From NCBI GenBank assembly GCA_020184695.1, contig JAANOX010000228.1, positions 93,443-157,442 of the forward strand: a stretch of DNA of 64,000 nt, read 5' to 3'. The notes beneath the pieces are model-generated. The model ran no database searches. It saw nothing but the letters and a program-made list of their open reading frames with translations, and was not told the DNA's origin. Below, piece by piece: positions 1-11,220 of the stretch. A program made the translations under genes and the position numbers. The DNA is from Histomonas meleagridis 2922-C6/04-290x (taxonomy: Eukaryota > Protista > Parabasalia). The first letter of the stretch is position 1, and each line of letters opens with the position of its first letter.

Positions 1-1635
1 GGTGATTATGCATTTTCATTTTGTTCGAATTTAACTCGTGTTATTATTGATGAAAATATCAAGTCAATTGGAGGTTATTCATTTTCATCATGTCCGTCTT
101 TAATTAATGTTGTTATAAATTCCAAATTCGTAATTTATGGCCACAAATGTTTTAGCAACTGCAGTCAACTAAGTCATCAGTTCCTAAATAACTTAAACAT
201 GTTTTCACGTTCACCAACATGTTTGTCTGAAAATAAAAATAAATTCATGCAAGCGAAAGAAATTACATCTACATCATCATTTACATTATCTGTTACGAAT
301 GTTCAAAGTTATATTAATATTAAAGAAACCATTGAAACTAACACGAATTCATTTCTATATTTTAACACGACAACATCGACATTCATTTACACGATGACGA
401 AATCTATTACATCATCACCTTCTATGGCACGAACAAATTCACACACTGATTCATATGTTAATTCATATATTGACATCCAAACATCAACATTATCATACAC
501 ATCAGTATACACAACAATTCAAACATCATTATTTACAAATATTATAACAAATATATTTGTGAACACTATGACTACTACATATACAAGTATTCTAACAATG
601 ACTTCTTCACCATCAAGTAGCATTTCATTAGGATACACAACTACGCTTGTGAATGGAAGAACGACACTTACAGAAACATATGTTACTACAGTCACACATA
701 CATACACACTAACTTCTACATATGGATCAGTATTATCTTATACATCGGTACTTTCACCTACAACAACAATATCAAATATTATCACAAACACGAATTCGTT
801 AATATCATCACAAATATATATTCCAATTACGACAGGATCATTAACACAAACATTAACGAAAACGAACTCAGAAACGATAACACGAATATTTAGTGAATCA
901 ATCACAGAATCAAAGACATGCACATTAATTGAAACGAATTCCATTTTTTCATCATTAACATTAATCACATCGGAAACATTGACAATTATAACATCAAACA
1001 CAATATCAGAAACATTTATTATAACGCAAACACATTCATATATAGAAACAGAAATACATTCACAAACAGAAACACAAACATTTTCATATATAGAAACAGA
1101 AATTGAAACAGAAAGGAAAACACATTCATACACAATTTCATTATCGAATACTTTAACACATTCATTAATAATTATGAATACAATTTCTATTAATGAAATA
1201 TATCTTTCAATTACGATCACATTCACAGGAAATTCTGAATATTTTGGATATATTATAAGTGAAATTATTTATTATGATTATACGATTCTTATATATTCTA
1301 CATATATAACATATTATTCTAATTTTTATCATATTTATCAAATGAATGAAGGAAATGAGAATGAATATGAAAATGAAAATGGTTCGAAAACGATTTTAAT
1401 AATCGGAATTGTTATTGGAATTATTTTATTTGTTATTATTCTTATTACTATTATTATTTTAATTGCACGACGACATCAAAAGAAGAAAGAAACAAATTCC
1501 GAAAATGAACATGGATATGAACATGAACATTTAACGCATGAAATGAATAATTGTAATGTATTAAGACTTCAAGATATTGCTGAAGATCCATTTGCGAATG
1601 ATTTTCAAGAACAAATTTTTATTCCGAAACTTTAA
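1..1635 (+). CDS. BspA-like LRR / Thr-Ser-rich stalk / TM surface protein, copy A (5' end beyond window)
   Basis: Frame 1 is open from base 1 (GDYAFSFCSNLTRVIIDENIKSIGGYSFSSCPSL, LRR_5-type repeats) into the 199..1635 ORF. It continues as a Thr/Ser stalk, then TM segment ILIIGIVIGIILFVIILITIIILI and an acidic tail. Confidence 0.8.
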   Translation, partial: GDYAFSFCSNLTRVIIDENIKSIGGYSFSSCPSLINVVINSKFVIYGHKCFSNCSQLSHQFLNNLNMFSRSPTCLSENKNKFMQAKEITSTSSFTLSVTNVQSYINIKETIETNTNSFLYFNTTTSTFIYTMTKSITSSPSMARTNSHTDSYVNSYIDIQTSTLSYTSVYTTIQTSLFTNIITNIFVNTMTTTYTSILTMTSSPSSSISLGYTTTLVNGRTTLTETYVTTVTHTYTLTSTYGSVLSYTSVLSPTTTISNIITNTNSLISSQIYIPITTGSLTQTLTKTNSETITRIFSESITESKTCTLIETNSIFSSLTLITSETLTIITSNTISETFIITQTHSYIETEIHSQTETQTFSYIETEIETERKTHSYTISLSNTLTHSLIIMNTISINEIYLSITITFTGNSEYFGYIISEIIYYDYTILIYSTYITYYSNFYHIYQMNEGNENEYENENGSKTILIIGIVIGIILFVIILITIIILIARRHQKKKETNSENEHGYEHEHLTHEMNNCNVLRLQDIAEDPFANDFQEQIFIPKL

Positions 1636-2509
1636 AATAAAAATATTTGGAAACTTAAATATAAATTTTTAATATTATATTAAAATCAAAATGATTTGTA
1701 TTGATTATAGTATAACTTATATATAAACTAACTATCATTCTTACAGTATTAATATATTCATAATTATTATTAATGATCATTATCTTCAAAATTATACATC
1801 TCAAAACAAAGGGTATTACGCCATCACTCGATAAAAGACAACAAAAAGAAAATCAGAATTAATTTATGATGGTTTTAGATTTGCTGACAAAAATGATCAA
1901 TGACAACATGTTGTCCAGAATTTTTCAAAAACACTTCAATAAATGAATTATTAATGGACAAAAGGTGATTTCTTGTTAAAAAACTCAAATAAAAATCATT
2001 TATAAAACAAAATTAACCAAATAAACTATAAACAAAAGAAATTAATTTCTTTCTTTTTTTTCTTATTTTGCTTTTTCTGTTAAATATTCGAATAGTTATA
2101 AATATATTTCCTGATTTTATTAAACTTTTCGAACAATATGTTGAATCACTATCAAATTTTGGACTGTTTTGTGGATAAGCACAGTTCAAATTAAACTTTT
2201 ATAGTCAAAAAATTTTCGGTAGGATTGGAATGTGTTTATATAGTCACGATTTCCCATTGCTTTTTATCCATAATTTGAAATTTTTTTAATCACTCAAATT
2301 TTTTATCATATTTACTCATTCAACGATCGTTGACTTAAGATTTACTCATAAGCATTTAATTCAATATTCAATGCTGCCTTGATGCCATTCCCAAATGAAC
2401 TTAATTTAACTGTAACTTTCTTTAATTTTTCACTGTTTCAATTCAAATGATCGTAACAAAGAATACTATTTGTGCATAAACAAAATCACACATAAGCAAC
2501 TCGTTAAAA
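259..2509 (+). repeat. ~2.25-kb inverted duplication, arm 1 (partner 16411-18678)
   Basis: Stalk, TM, tail and ~870 bp of 3' non-coding DNA match the reverse complement of 16411-18678, ending at ...caactcgttaaaa. Confidence 0.9.
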
Positions 2510-2511
2510 GT

Positions 2512-3172
2512 TTATTTTAGAAGGTCAATAATGCTACGGAGGGGTTCGAGCTGATTGGCTGGGATTAATTGAAACTCGTTCGTATAATACATGAAATGTC
2601 TAAACGACGAATTTAAGTTTTCCTCGATACCGCATGCAATAACGTCTTCGCGATGGTGGTGGTAAAGATGTGCATAAATTCGAAATAGTCTTTTGAAAAT
2701 ATTTTGAACAATCTTAAGGAAATCTTTGGGAAACGGAGCATTGGGATCAGATGGGAAGATTTTTTCGTCGTTTAAAAGACTTTCAACCCAGATCATCACT
2801 TTTGTGATATATTCATTTGCTGGAAGCATTGTTGGCTTTTTATATTTGTCATTATCTTGCCAGTAATATTTGAAGCCTGGTCCAGCTGTCATCTCGGGAC
2901 ACTTCTCAGCCGTACAATATCCAATTACAGGAGCAACAAGACAGCTAAGCTCGTTGAAAAAATCTACAACACTCACAGCAAGCCAGTCATTTAGATTTTC
3001 GCCAGCGGGGAGCTTAACTGCGCCCCTGATATCTCCTGCGCCTAATGTTGCATGTGAAATTTCTTGAAGTTTGTAAGCTCGATGTTGTTTTGGGACTTTT
3101 TTCATAGGTCTAAAAGTTCCTTTATCTTTTCGGCTAGGGGTTAGAATAAAAAACATACAAGAAAGAAAACAT
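2512..3172 (-). CDS. MOB1: MOB kinase activator, spliced: join(3172..3159,3133..2512)
   Basis: VKLPAGENLNDWLAVSVVDFFNE, CPEMTAGP, QNIFKRLFRIYAHLYHHH and LNSSFRHF are MOB1 motifs. Removing the 25-nt intron gives the N-terminus MFSFFRKDKGTFRPMKK. Confidence 0.93.
3134..3158 (-). other. 25-nt spliceosomal intron in MOB1
   Basis: GTATGTTTTTTATTCTAACCCCTAG has a GT donor, a TTCTAAC branch point next to the AG acceptor, and restores the frame from ATG 3172. Confidence 0.85.
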
Positions 3173-3425
3173 TATTTGGAATTAACAGCCCAGACAAAGA
3201 AATATTTAATAACGTTTTGAAAAATCGAAATTTCAATAAATTCAAGTAAAAGTGACGTGATTATGTAAATTACCGTTTACTTTTTCAGCTCTAAAACGAA
3301 AGATTTCAAAATTCTTCTCAAAATTTTAATGAAAAAGAAAACAAATCTGTCTAAGATCATTCTTTATTTTATATAGACTATTATTGGAAATCAAACCATA
3401 AGAAATTATAATTAATCTACTAGAT

Positions 3426-4019
3426 GTGGGAATATCCTTTCTTCGAGTGCTTATAAACGTAGAGTTGAGTTTTTCAATTTTTTATGTGAAAGTGTCTCTT
3501 TTTGAAAACAGCGGGATTTCTTCTCAAAAAGTTATTAAAGAAACAAGATTTTCATGCAAAGCCAATTTTTCGCTCCAAACTCTAACTTTCGTCTTCAAAT
3601 ACCCGAACCACGAGCTAGCCATCCAGGTAAAAATATTTGCTCCCACAAAAAACCTAAGAATGGTAAAATTAGACACACAGCCTAATAATACTTATGTTTA
3701 TGACAAGGTTTTACAAGTTTATAAAATCCTAGTTGTACGTTTTAGTAGTGGTGTTAGCATATTTGAGCTGAACAGCATTGCAATAATTTTATCAAATCTT
3801 TTAGGAATTCAACCACCTTCAAGAGAGATGAAACGTAACTTTGAACGTCTTCTTACATGGTACGCAGATAACTGGGAAGTTATCTATCCTGTTCTTCCAA
3901 ATATTAACTTGATGGATGAAAATTATCACACAATAAATTTGGAAAGAGAGCAATCTGAACACAAAAGGCATAGGCCAAGGCACAGGAGTTTATATTTTGA
4001 TATAACTCAATATAAATAA
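3426..4019 (+). CDS. hypothetical protein (start uncertain)
   Basis: 197-codon ORF with a protein-like C-terminal half (REMKRNFERLLTWYADNWEVIYP). No family recognised. Confidence 0.5.
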   Translation: MGISFLRVLINVELSFSIFYVKVSLFENSGISSQKVIKETRFSCKANFSLQTLTFVFKYPNHELAIQVKIFAPTKNLRMVKLDTQPNNTYVYDKVLQVYKILVVRFSSGVSIFELNSIAIILSNLLGIQPPSREMKRNFERLLTWYADNWEVIYPVLPNINLMDENYHTINLEREQSEHKRHRPRHRSLYFDITQYK

Positions 4020-4354
4020 TTTTATTTTATTCTATTTTATTCAATTTAACTAAAATTCATTGTGTAATGAATAAAAATGTTGCACGTGAATGTTCCCAAT
4101 AGACAATTCAAGCTTATGTTGATATTTCTTTTTTGTTGTTGTTGCTTTGATGTAGACAATCCAAATATCTCTATATAGATATTTTATGTTTGCAAACATA
4201 AGATGCTTACAATTTTATGAGAGAAACATATGGTTACATGGAACTTAGGACTGCACATCACATGCATAATGAAATAAATATTTTATTTCTTGCATAAAAG
4301 AGGATTCCGCTGAAATAAGAAAATAAACCATTAAAAACACACTTTTTAAATAGT

Positions 4355-5989
4355 TTACAAATCCACATTTTTTCTCGATTCATTAATCTGTTGAAAGAAA
4401 GGAAATATTATCCTTTTAAATTCCTCTATATCTATAATTGAGCTCTGATCCCTTATTACATCATGGCACTTTATTCTTTCACACATGTTTTCCTCTCCCA
4501 AGATGCAATCGTTAATTCTGCTTTGAGGGATATTCGGATCAATTTTTGAATGATTTACATCTTTAGTGTAATATGCAAAGTATTGAATCCTTGCCATGTT
4601 TGCCAAGTGGTTGTACCACTTTCTACAAGTATATCTATAAGGGAATATCTCATAAATCCCTGTCGGTAGCTTTTCAGTTGAAGGCTTCAGCCAAATTCCA
4701 TGGGTAAGACCACTTCCATGCATTCCAACTAAAAGTGATGCATTATGTACCAAAGAAACTTGCCCAACTTTGTTGCGTTCTTGCATGTCTACAATTCTAA
4801 CATCACAAAATGGGCATAGTTCTCGTATTGAATTAGATACATTTTCAATGTTTATTATAGAACGCTTTAAGCTTGATCCTTTTCGTTTTATTATAATTAT
4901 TAGCGGATTCTTTATGTTCGGAAGTTTATTTCCAGTGACATTTATTGTATCAAGAAAATACTCTCGAAGACCTGAAACACCAGAAGGATCTATTTCATAC
5001 GGAACTGTTAATTGTGATGAATAGCGTCGTTGAAGAATTGGATTTTTTTCAGTTTTACGAAGACCAAAATTAATTTGTTCAAAACATCTGATTTTGGGTC
5101 TAAGAAAATCTATAGGACTTGAAGATAGATAACGAATGTAAAAAAGTCCGTAAATCGTGGGATCAGAAAAATCAAGTATATGCCAAGAATGATCAATGTG
5201 TCCATATCTTGGATCAGTTGAATCCCATAAATTATTTGTAATACATGCGTAATTGGAAGACATAGTCCAATACGTAGGAACGACATAATCCATAAGATTA
5301 TGCCATATCATTAAATGATTAAAGAACTGACTTGTGACCTGAAATGGATCAGTTTCGAATTCTGATGTTGGAAATTGACTTAAAATTGAGATTTGTGATG
5401 AAAGAATTCTGTTTTTTTCGATGTCATTAGGTGGTGCTTTAGATCCGGGTACAACAAATACTTTCTCGAATGTGGCATTGAATGGAAATGAAAAAATTAT
5501 TTGTGATCCTTGGAGACAAACTCGTCGAAGTCGACACCACCGATTAACAAAAGAATCGCCAACACAGAAAATTTGAGTGTATTGATAATTATCGAGAAAT
5601 GGTTGATTCATGACTTTTATAATCTCATTATATATAATTTTATCATTATAAAAAAGACTTACATTGTACTCGGAATTTATAGGAATCGTGAACGAAAAAG
5701 AAATGATATCTTTAGTTGTTTTGAGATTTTCAAGTTGATTTGAATTAACACTAATGTTAACAAATGGTGAGTTAAGGTACATATTAATATTATCAGAAGA
5801 TCTGATTTCACGTGTTTTAGGAATTTGAATAATTAATTTTGATAATTGTTGATCAAAATTAAATAGTATAGTTTTGCTAACGTTAGTAATGGGATGTATC
5901 GACTGTAGAGAAGATATATTTAGAAGAATGATTGATAGAAATGAAATTTTTAATGAAAGCCCGAGAAGTTTCTTCTTTCTTTGTTTCAT
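4355..5989 (-). CDS. glycosyltransferase family 61 (DUF563), type II membrane protein
   Basis: N-terminal signal anchor, IIIIKRKG..RSIIN and QVSLVHNASLLVGMHGSGLTHGIWL, the GT61 signature. Confidence 0.8.
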   Translation of the reverse strand: MKQRKKKLLGLSLKISFLSIILLNISSLQSIHPITNVSKTILFNFDQQLSKLIIQIPKTREIRSSDNINMYLNSPFVNISVNSNQLENLKTTKDIISFSFTIPINSEYNVSLFYNDKIIYNEIIKVMNQPFLDNYQYTQIFCVGDSFVNRWCRLRRVCLQGSQIIFSFPFNATFEKVFVVPGSKAPPNDIEKNRILSSQISILSQFPTSEFETDPFQVTSQFFNHLMIWHNLMDYVVPTYWTMSSNYACITNNLWDSTDPRYGHIDHSWHILDFSDPTIYGLFYIRYLSSSPIDFLRPKIRCFEQINFGLRKTEKNPILQRRYSSQLTVPYEIDPSGVSGLREYFLDTINVTGNKLPNIKNPLIIIIKRKGSSLKRSIINIENVSNSIRELCPFCDVRIVDMQERNKVGQVSLVHNASLLVGMHGSGLTHGIWLKPSTEKLPTGIYEIFPYRYTCRKWYNHLANMARIQYFAYYTKDVNHSKIDPNIPQSRINDCILGEENMCERIKCHDVIRDQSSIIDIEEFKRIIFPFFQQINESRKNVDL

Positions 5990-6251
5990 TCCTATGTTTT
6001 CACAAGCTGTAACTGGTTAAATTGTTTCTTATCGAAGATATATGTAAAGTTCACAAAAAAAGCAAAAAAACGAAACATCGAACCCCGCCAAAACGTCAGT
6101 GACAATTTAAAACCATAAAATTTCAATTAAACCAACCCACAGTTTTGGATGAAAAGTGCTGTTATTCATTCACAAAAAATCCGTTAATCAAGATTTCTCT
6201 AAAAAAGCTAAATAATCCATTCAAATAAAAGCACTTTTTGTTAGGAATTGA

Positions 6252-8078
6252 ATGAATATTCAAACCAACAAACTTGCGGGTTTAATGAAGAAGCGTTCAG
6301 CGAAACCAAAAAATAATAAAGCTCGTTTTCCTATACGCAAAATAAAAGGCGAAAAATCCAAGATGAACGCTATAAATGAATATTTAAGTGAACATTTTAA
6401 TTCTTATAATAATTTTGTACCATCAGTTTCTAAATTAAAATCAAAGGCACAAAAATCAAATTTTGCACACAATGCTGCTCCTGATGGCGATTTCAGGGAA
6501 TTCAAAGAAAACATTTCAGAGCAATTATCTAATGTAAAAATTAATAGGAAGAAAACTTTAATTCCAGCTGATACACCTGAAGTTTTACAATTAGATGATT
6601 CTTTAAAGTTAGTTTTAAAGCCAAATTCAATTTCATACATTACAGACACATTTCCTTTAAGTGCAAAAAATGTTCTAGAAAACATTTCTACAAAAGAACG
6701 AAATTCTCTTGTAGCTGTTGCACACCTAATTAGTGGTAAAATGGACAAAAATGAGGTTGTCAGCTGGCTTGGATTTCATCTTGTTCCCAAAAACTGGCAT
6801 AAGAAATCATCAGGCAAACAAGAAGTAATTCTCTGTGGGATTTTTTATCGTTACAAGAAGATATTCAAAAACAAAACCAAGTATTGGGTAATTATAGATA
6901 AATCAGATCAATGCAAAGTCTTGACTATGGATAACTTAAAAGTTGTAAACAGCTTCCAAGTTGACCATGTTGACCGCTCCAATAAATCCAACACAATACG
7001 AATTTGGAAGGAAAATGAAGTTTGCGAACGTTTAGTACCACTTTTTAAGATTTCTTATGATGTATGGACCACTCAGCCGTATCTATCACCTCTATCATTT
7101 CCATATCCACCTGACAATGTTCCACAAGAAATAATTGATTCTTTTCACCAAGCACTTGTTTCACCTGATACATATCTTCTTCAAGCTCTCTTAGATTTCG
7201 ACATTATTAGCATGAACGTTTCACACAAAGCTATGCATGATCTTTTTACTGTATTTTCATATGATAAACTTGTTCATCGATTTATATCTACAGTGTGTGC
7301 GGTTGAATTTGCTCAACCAGCACTCACTGAAGGTACAGTACTACGACATAACTCACACCTTACATTTCTTTTCCAAGTATATTATGATCTTTTTGCCGGA
7401 GATTTTTTAAATAATATACTCAAGCCAATAATCAACAAAATAGATGATACCGGATATTTAGGAATCCGAGAAAATGACATCAGCAAGATAAAAAAAGTAT
7501 CCAAACTTCTTAATTGGGTACTTGACAAATTTGTATCAGGCGATAAATTCATCACTCCACAGATTCGACACATGGCAAATGTATTACGGTCACAAGTATC
7601 TCTTGTTTTAAAGACCAAGCATGCAGTTTTTAATGCACTTTCCTCATTTTTCTGTTTACGATTTTCAAATGCGGTAATTTCAAATCCATTTTATTATGAA
7701 AAAAAAGGCCGAACAGACATTGAAATACATAAAATATCAGTACAGTTCACACAATTGCTACAATTGCCATTTAACTTTCAGCTTATTTCTGATCGATATG
7801 AATATCTTCAAGAACTTAGTGAACAAATCGTAGACAGATTTGAGGACATATATAACTTCGTCATAGGGATTTCCGACTTTAAAGTTACAGAGAAAGTTAA
7901 ATATCCAAAGCCGCGTAAAAAGGAATGCGACGAAGCAATAAAAAGGCTGATGGGATATGCTTCGGCAGGTAAGGAATTGTTGGTAGAAAGATACAGAAAA
8001 TTGTATGATGGAGAGGAGCAAAGAGCTGCTGCTTCGTTCGCAGTTTCGAATCTCCTTTCAAAAATGTTCACCAAATAG
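6252..8078 (+). CDS. RasGAP-domain protein
   Basis: EGTVLRHNSHLT (arginine-finger-like segment) and FFCLRFSNAVISNP (FLR-motif equivalent). Confidence 0.75.
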   Translation: MNIQTNKLAGLMKKRSAKPKNNKARFPIRKIKGEKSKMNAINEYLSEHFNSYNNFVPSVSKLKSKAQKSNFAHNAAPDGDFREFKENISEQLSNVKINRKKTLIPADTPEVLQLDDSLKLVLKPNSISYITDTFPLSAKNVLENISTKERNSLVAVAHLISGKMDKNEVVSWLGFHLVPKNWHKKSSGKQEVILCGIFYRYKKIFKNKTKYWVIIDKSDQCKVLTMDNLKVVNSFQVDHVDRSNKSNTIRIWKENEVCERLVPLFKISYDVWTTQPYLSPLSFPYPPDNVPQEIIDSFHQALVSPDTYLLQALLDFDIISMNVSHKAMHDLFTVFSYDKLVHRFISTVCAVEFAQPALTEGTVLRHNSHLTFLFQVYYDLFAGDFLNNILKPIINKIDDTGYLGIRENDISKIKKVSKLLNWVLDKFVSGDKFITPQIRHMANVLRSQVSLVLKTKHAVFNALSSFFCLRFSNAVISNPFYYEKKGRTDIEIHKISVQFTQLLQLPFNFQLISDRYEYLQELSEQIVDRFEDIYNFVIGISDFKVTEKVKYPKPRKKECDEAIKRLMGYASAGKELLVERYRKLYDGEEQRAAASFAVSNLLSKMFTK

Positions 8079-8756
8079 TAAAAATAGTTTCACCCTCGAA
8101 ATTTGATGTTTGATTTCAATGAGAAATGATCGTTTCCCTCTGAAAATATTGTCATTTTGCTGTAAAACTATCAATTTACATTAAAAACTTAAAAAATGTT
8201 TTTCTATATTTATTTAAAGATATTTCATCGTACTATCGATTCTTATCAATAAAAATAACGATTATTGAAATTCCTCTTTCAGCAGTTAATCTTGGAGTAT
8301 TAATTCAACTGAGACAATACGAACTTGTTAATATGACGAACGTTTAAGCAAATATAATAATATAATATAAATTTATTCAAAAAGTGTTTTGTATGACATT
8401 TTTTGTAAATCCATTCCTTGCTTAACTTAGTTAACCACTTTTGAAATAGTTTCAAAAATTTTGTATTTCAATGATTCGACTTTTAGCAAATATTGTTAAC
8501 TTCAATACAAAAAGTGTATTTTGCTTCATATCATAACAATACATAAATATCTATTTCAGAAATAAAATTAATCAATAAAATGTTCAACATAAAGCTAAAC
8601 TTTTCAATGAAATCATAATTTCATTTGGTAAAACATATTTGCATAAGAAATCGATCCAAATTGACTTTTTTCCGATTTATCTCTTGAACATCAATTGAAT
8701 TGTCCGACAAACTTTTAAATGTATTCAATATTTCAAAACTTTATAAACTTTTTGCA

Positions 8757-9338
8757 ATGGGCGACTCGGGAGAGAAAGTTTCCTATAGCATTGTAGTTTT
8801 TGGTATTGCAGCAGTTGGAAAGTCAGCGCTTTTGATACGCTTTGTTCATGGATATTTTGAAGAAGAGTATGATCCAACAATTGCAAGTGATTATAGTAAA
8901 ACAATAAAGCTCGATAACAAGTCTATAATGCTTAAATTACTTGACACTGCTGGACAAGACGATATTAGGTCAGCTAGAGATAACTATATTAAGAAAGGTG
9001 ATGGATTTATTATTGTTTATGCAATTGATGACGAGCAATCATTTGAAAAAATAGAAGAATTCTATGAATCAATTATACAACTCAAACCAAACCCTTGCAT
9101 TGTACTCTGCGGAAATAAGGCAGATAAAACTGATGACCGCAAAATCACGCAAAAAGAAGGACAAGAGCTTGCAGACTACATGCACGCATCATTTCTTGAA
9201 ACATCTGCTCTTACAGGACAAAACTTAGAAAACGCATTTATCGAAATTTCTAGAAAGATACGGGATGAAAAAGAAAAGAATAAGCCTCAAACTCCACCTG
9301 CAAAGAAAAGCTTCTTTGATAGGTGTGAATTACTTTAA
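8757..9338 (+). CDS. Ras-family small GTPase (CaaX)
   Basis: GIAAVGKS, YDPTI, DTAGQ, NKAD, ETSA and C-terminal CELL. First ATG is at 8757. Confidence 0.92.
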   Translation: MGDSGEKVSYSIVVFGIAAVGKSALLIRFVHGYFEEEYDPTIASDYSKTIKLDNKSIMLKLLDTAGQDDIRSARDNYIKKGDGFIIVYAIDDEQSFEKIEEFYESIIQLKPNPCIVLCGNKADKTDDRKITQKEGQELADYMHASFLETSALTGQNLENAFIEISRKIRDEKEKNKPQTPPAKKSFFDRCELL

Positions 9339-9633
9339 ATAGCGGAATTTTTAAGTGACATTAATTCTTTCAATACTTTCCATAAACGGTCACGTCATAT
9401 TTTACTTTTTCTATACTTCGGTTTTGATCGGCATTTTTTTGAATAGATTACAAAAATGTTTCCAAATATGAAATATTTTCACTTTGTGCTCGTTCAAGAG
9501 TGTCAAGATATCAAATTAAATTTGTGATTTGCTATATTTCTCTAAGAATTCATTAAAATATTTATTGGGTAATCATATTTATATCCTATGAATAAGGAAA
9601 AAAATAATCAAAACATTTAGATAAAAGTGTAAG

Positions 9634-10650
9634 TTATATTACTTTATTTTGCAAAGATACATCATCATTATTTTCAAGGATTTCTGCCGGTGGTTGAGGG
9701 TAATCATAGCCGTTCTTTGTACCCTTCAGAGGAATCGGAAGAAACCAAAGAGGAAGCAAAAAGACTGGTCCAAAAATCTCTTCAAAGTTTTTGATCACTC
9801 CTCTGTTGTATACATTTGGAAAGCCAAAGCGGCTCTCAACATATGTGTAATTTTCAACAATTCGTTTTACTCCTAAAACTAATTGCTGAATATGATATGA
9901 AGCAAACAGGCCAGTTGTGCAAAAGGCCAATAGGTAGAGCCAGAGTTTTTTGAACGAAAATGTGGGATCTTCATGATAAGCAATATAAGATGTGATAAAA
10001 ACATAAATTAAGTAAATGGACCCATACATCGTTGCAAGTAAAAAGTATTTGAGATTATGTATACCAACCCATTGATCAGCAAAAAAGCATATATGTTCGG
10101 CACGAAGAACTGCAAAGCCATATGAGTAAGAAAAAAATGCTCGTGGAGGTAGTTCATGATCTTTTCCCCATTGCTTTTGCTCGGGAGTAGTGGCAATTCC
10201 ACTTTTAATCTCATTTGAAGAATAACGTGTTCGACGAGTTTCTGACCAATTCCAAGGAATAATGCCAGGATTAACAAAGTGTGTAAGTGTGTAATTTATC
10301 ATCGCTAAAATAAAACATATTGTAAGAATTGGGAAAGTTTTTGATTTTAAGCTTTCAGAAAGATAGGGGTATGCAAAATTATACCAATACAAATAAACCA
10401 ATGCACTTAGTAAAATGAGGAAATAAAATGGAAAAAATCTTAAAATAGTATAGCCAAATCGAATTTTTTTTTCTCCTTTGAAATGCCAAAAAATTGGGCA
10501 AGCACTGTAATATGACCATTCTGTGGGTAAAGGAACTTGTTCTATTTCTTTTTTCTCTGGAACAGTTGTTTGTTCTTCCATTTGTTTCCTTTTTTGTAAA
10601 CGGTCATATTTTTTTCTTCCTTTTTTTGACTTTTCTTTCTTTGTTGTCAA
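9634..10650 (-). CDS. DHHC-family palmitoyltransferase-like protein (EHIC variant)
   Basis: Four hydrophobic segments, NPG, RAEHICFFADQWVGIHNLKYF, TYVE and a YNRG..KNFEEIFG C-terminal motif. Confidence 0.8.
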   Translation of the reverse strand: MTTKKEKSKKGRKKYDRLQKRKQMEEQTTVPEKKEIEQVPLPTEWSYYSACPIFWHFKGEKKIRFGYTILRFFPFYFLILLSALVYLYWYNFAYPYLSESLKSKTFPILTICFILAMINYTLTHFVNPGIIPWNWSETRRTRYSSNEIKSGIATTPEQKQWGKDHELPPRAFFSYSYGFAVLRAEHICFFADQWVGIHNLKYFLLATMYGSIYLIYVFITSYIAYHEDPTFSFKKLWLYLLAFCTTGLFASYHIQQLVLGVKRIVENYTYVESRFGFPNVYNRGVIKNFEEIFGPVFLLPLWFLPIPLKGTKNGYDYPQPPAEILENNDDVSLQNKVI

Positions 10651-10941
10651 TCAATATCAGATTTAACATTAATACACTCACCTATTCTATGCATACTAAA
10701 AAGTATTAAAATTTAGTTAGTTGAGATTTCAATGTAAGATTGATTATTATAATTTTAAGAACATAGAATTCAACATATTAGATGATCAAATAATCTCAAC
10801 ATAATTACAAAACACGCTTTATATTCATGAATATTATAAGATTTGTTTTATTTTGAATAAAATCAAAACGTTTCCGGTTTATTTCAATCGCTATTTGGTT
10901 GCTGATTTTGATGACAAAACCGCCTTTTAACGGTTTCAACA

Positions 10942-11220
10942 ATGTCTAAACCAGCAAAAACTACAGTCCATCTTTTAGGAAATGGACTCCCAACCATCAA
11001 AAAAAATACATATGCCTGCGCAGATACAATGACATGCGCCAAGATCATTACAGTGATTCGAAAACATCTTGCAGGTCAAATTTCAGAAAATGATACTTTA
11101 TTCCTGTATTTTAAAGAATTCGCAATATACCCCGACACAACAATAGGCGAAATTATCGAACATGTACCAGGAACCAAAGAAATTGATATCAATTATAGTT
11201 GTAGGCCTGCTTATGGGTGA
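10942..11220 (+). CDS. ATG12: Atg12-like ubiquitin-fold protein
   Basis: GNGLPTIKK, LFLYFKEFAIYPDTTIGEI and C-terminal AYG match the Atg12 pattern (PILK, LFxY..FAPxPD, AWG). Confidence 0.65.
   Translation: MSKPAKTTVHLLGNGLPTIKKNTYACADTMTCAKIITVIRKHLAGQISENDTLFLYFKEFAIYPDTTIGEIIEHVPGTKEIDINYSCRPAYG

Noticed and set aside
519-1226. Antisense ORFs over the Thr/Ser stalk (also 17711-18199 and 38470-38952)
   Set aside because: They are Val/Ile-rich mirror images of ACA/TCA/ATA-biased codons and recur only because the stalk is duplicated.
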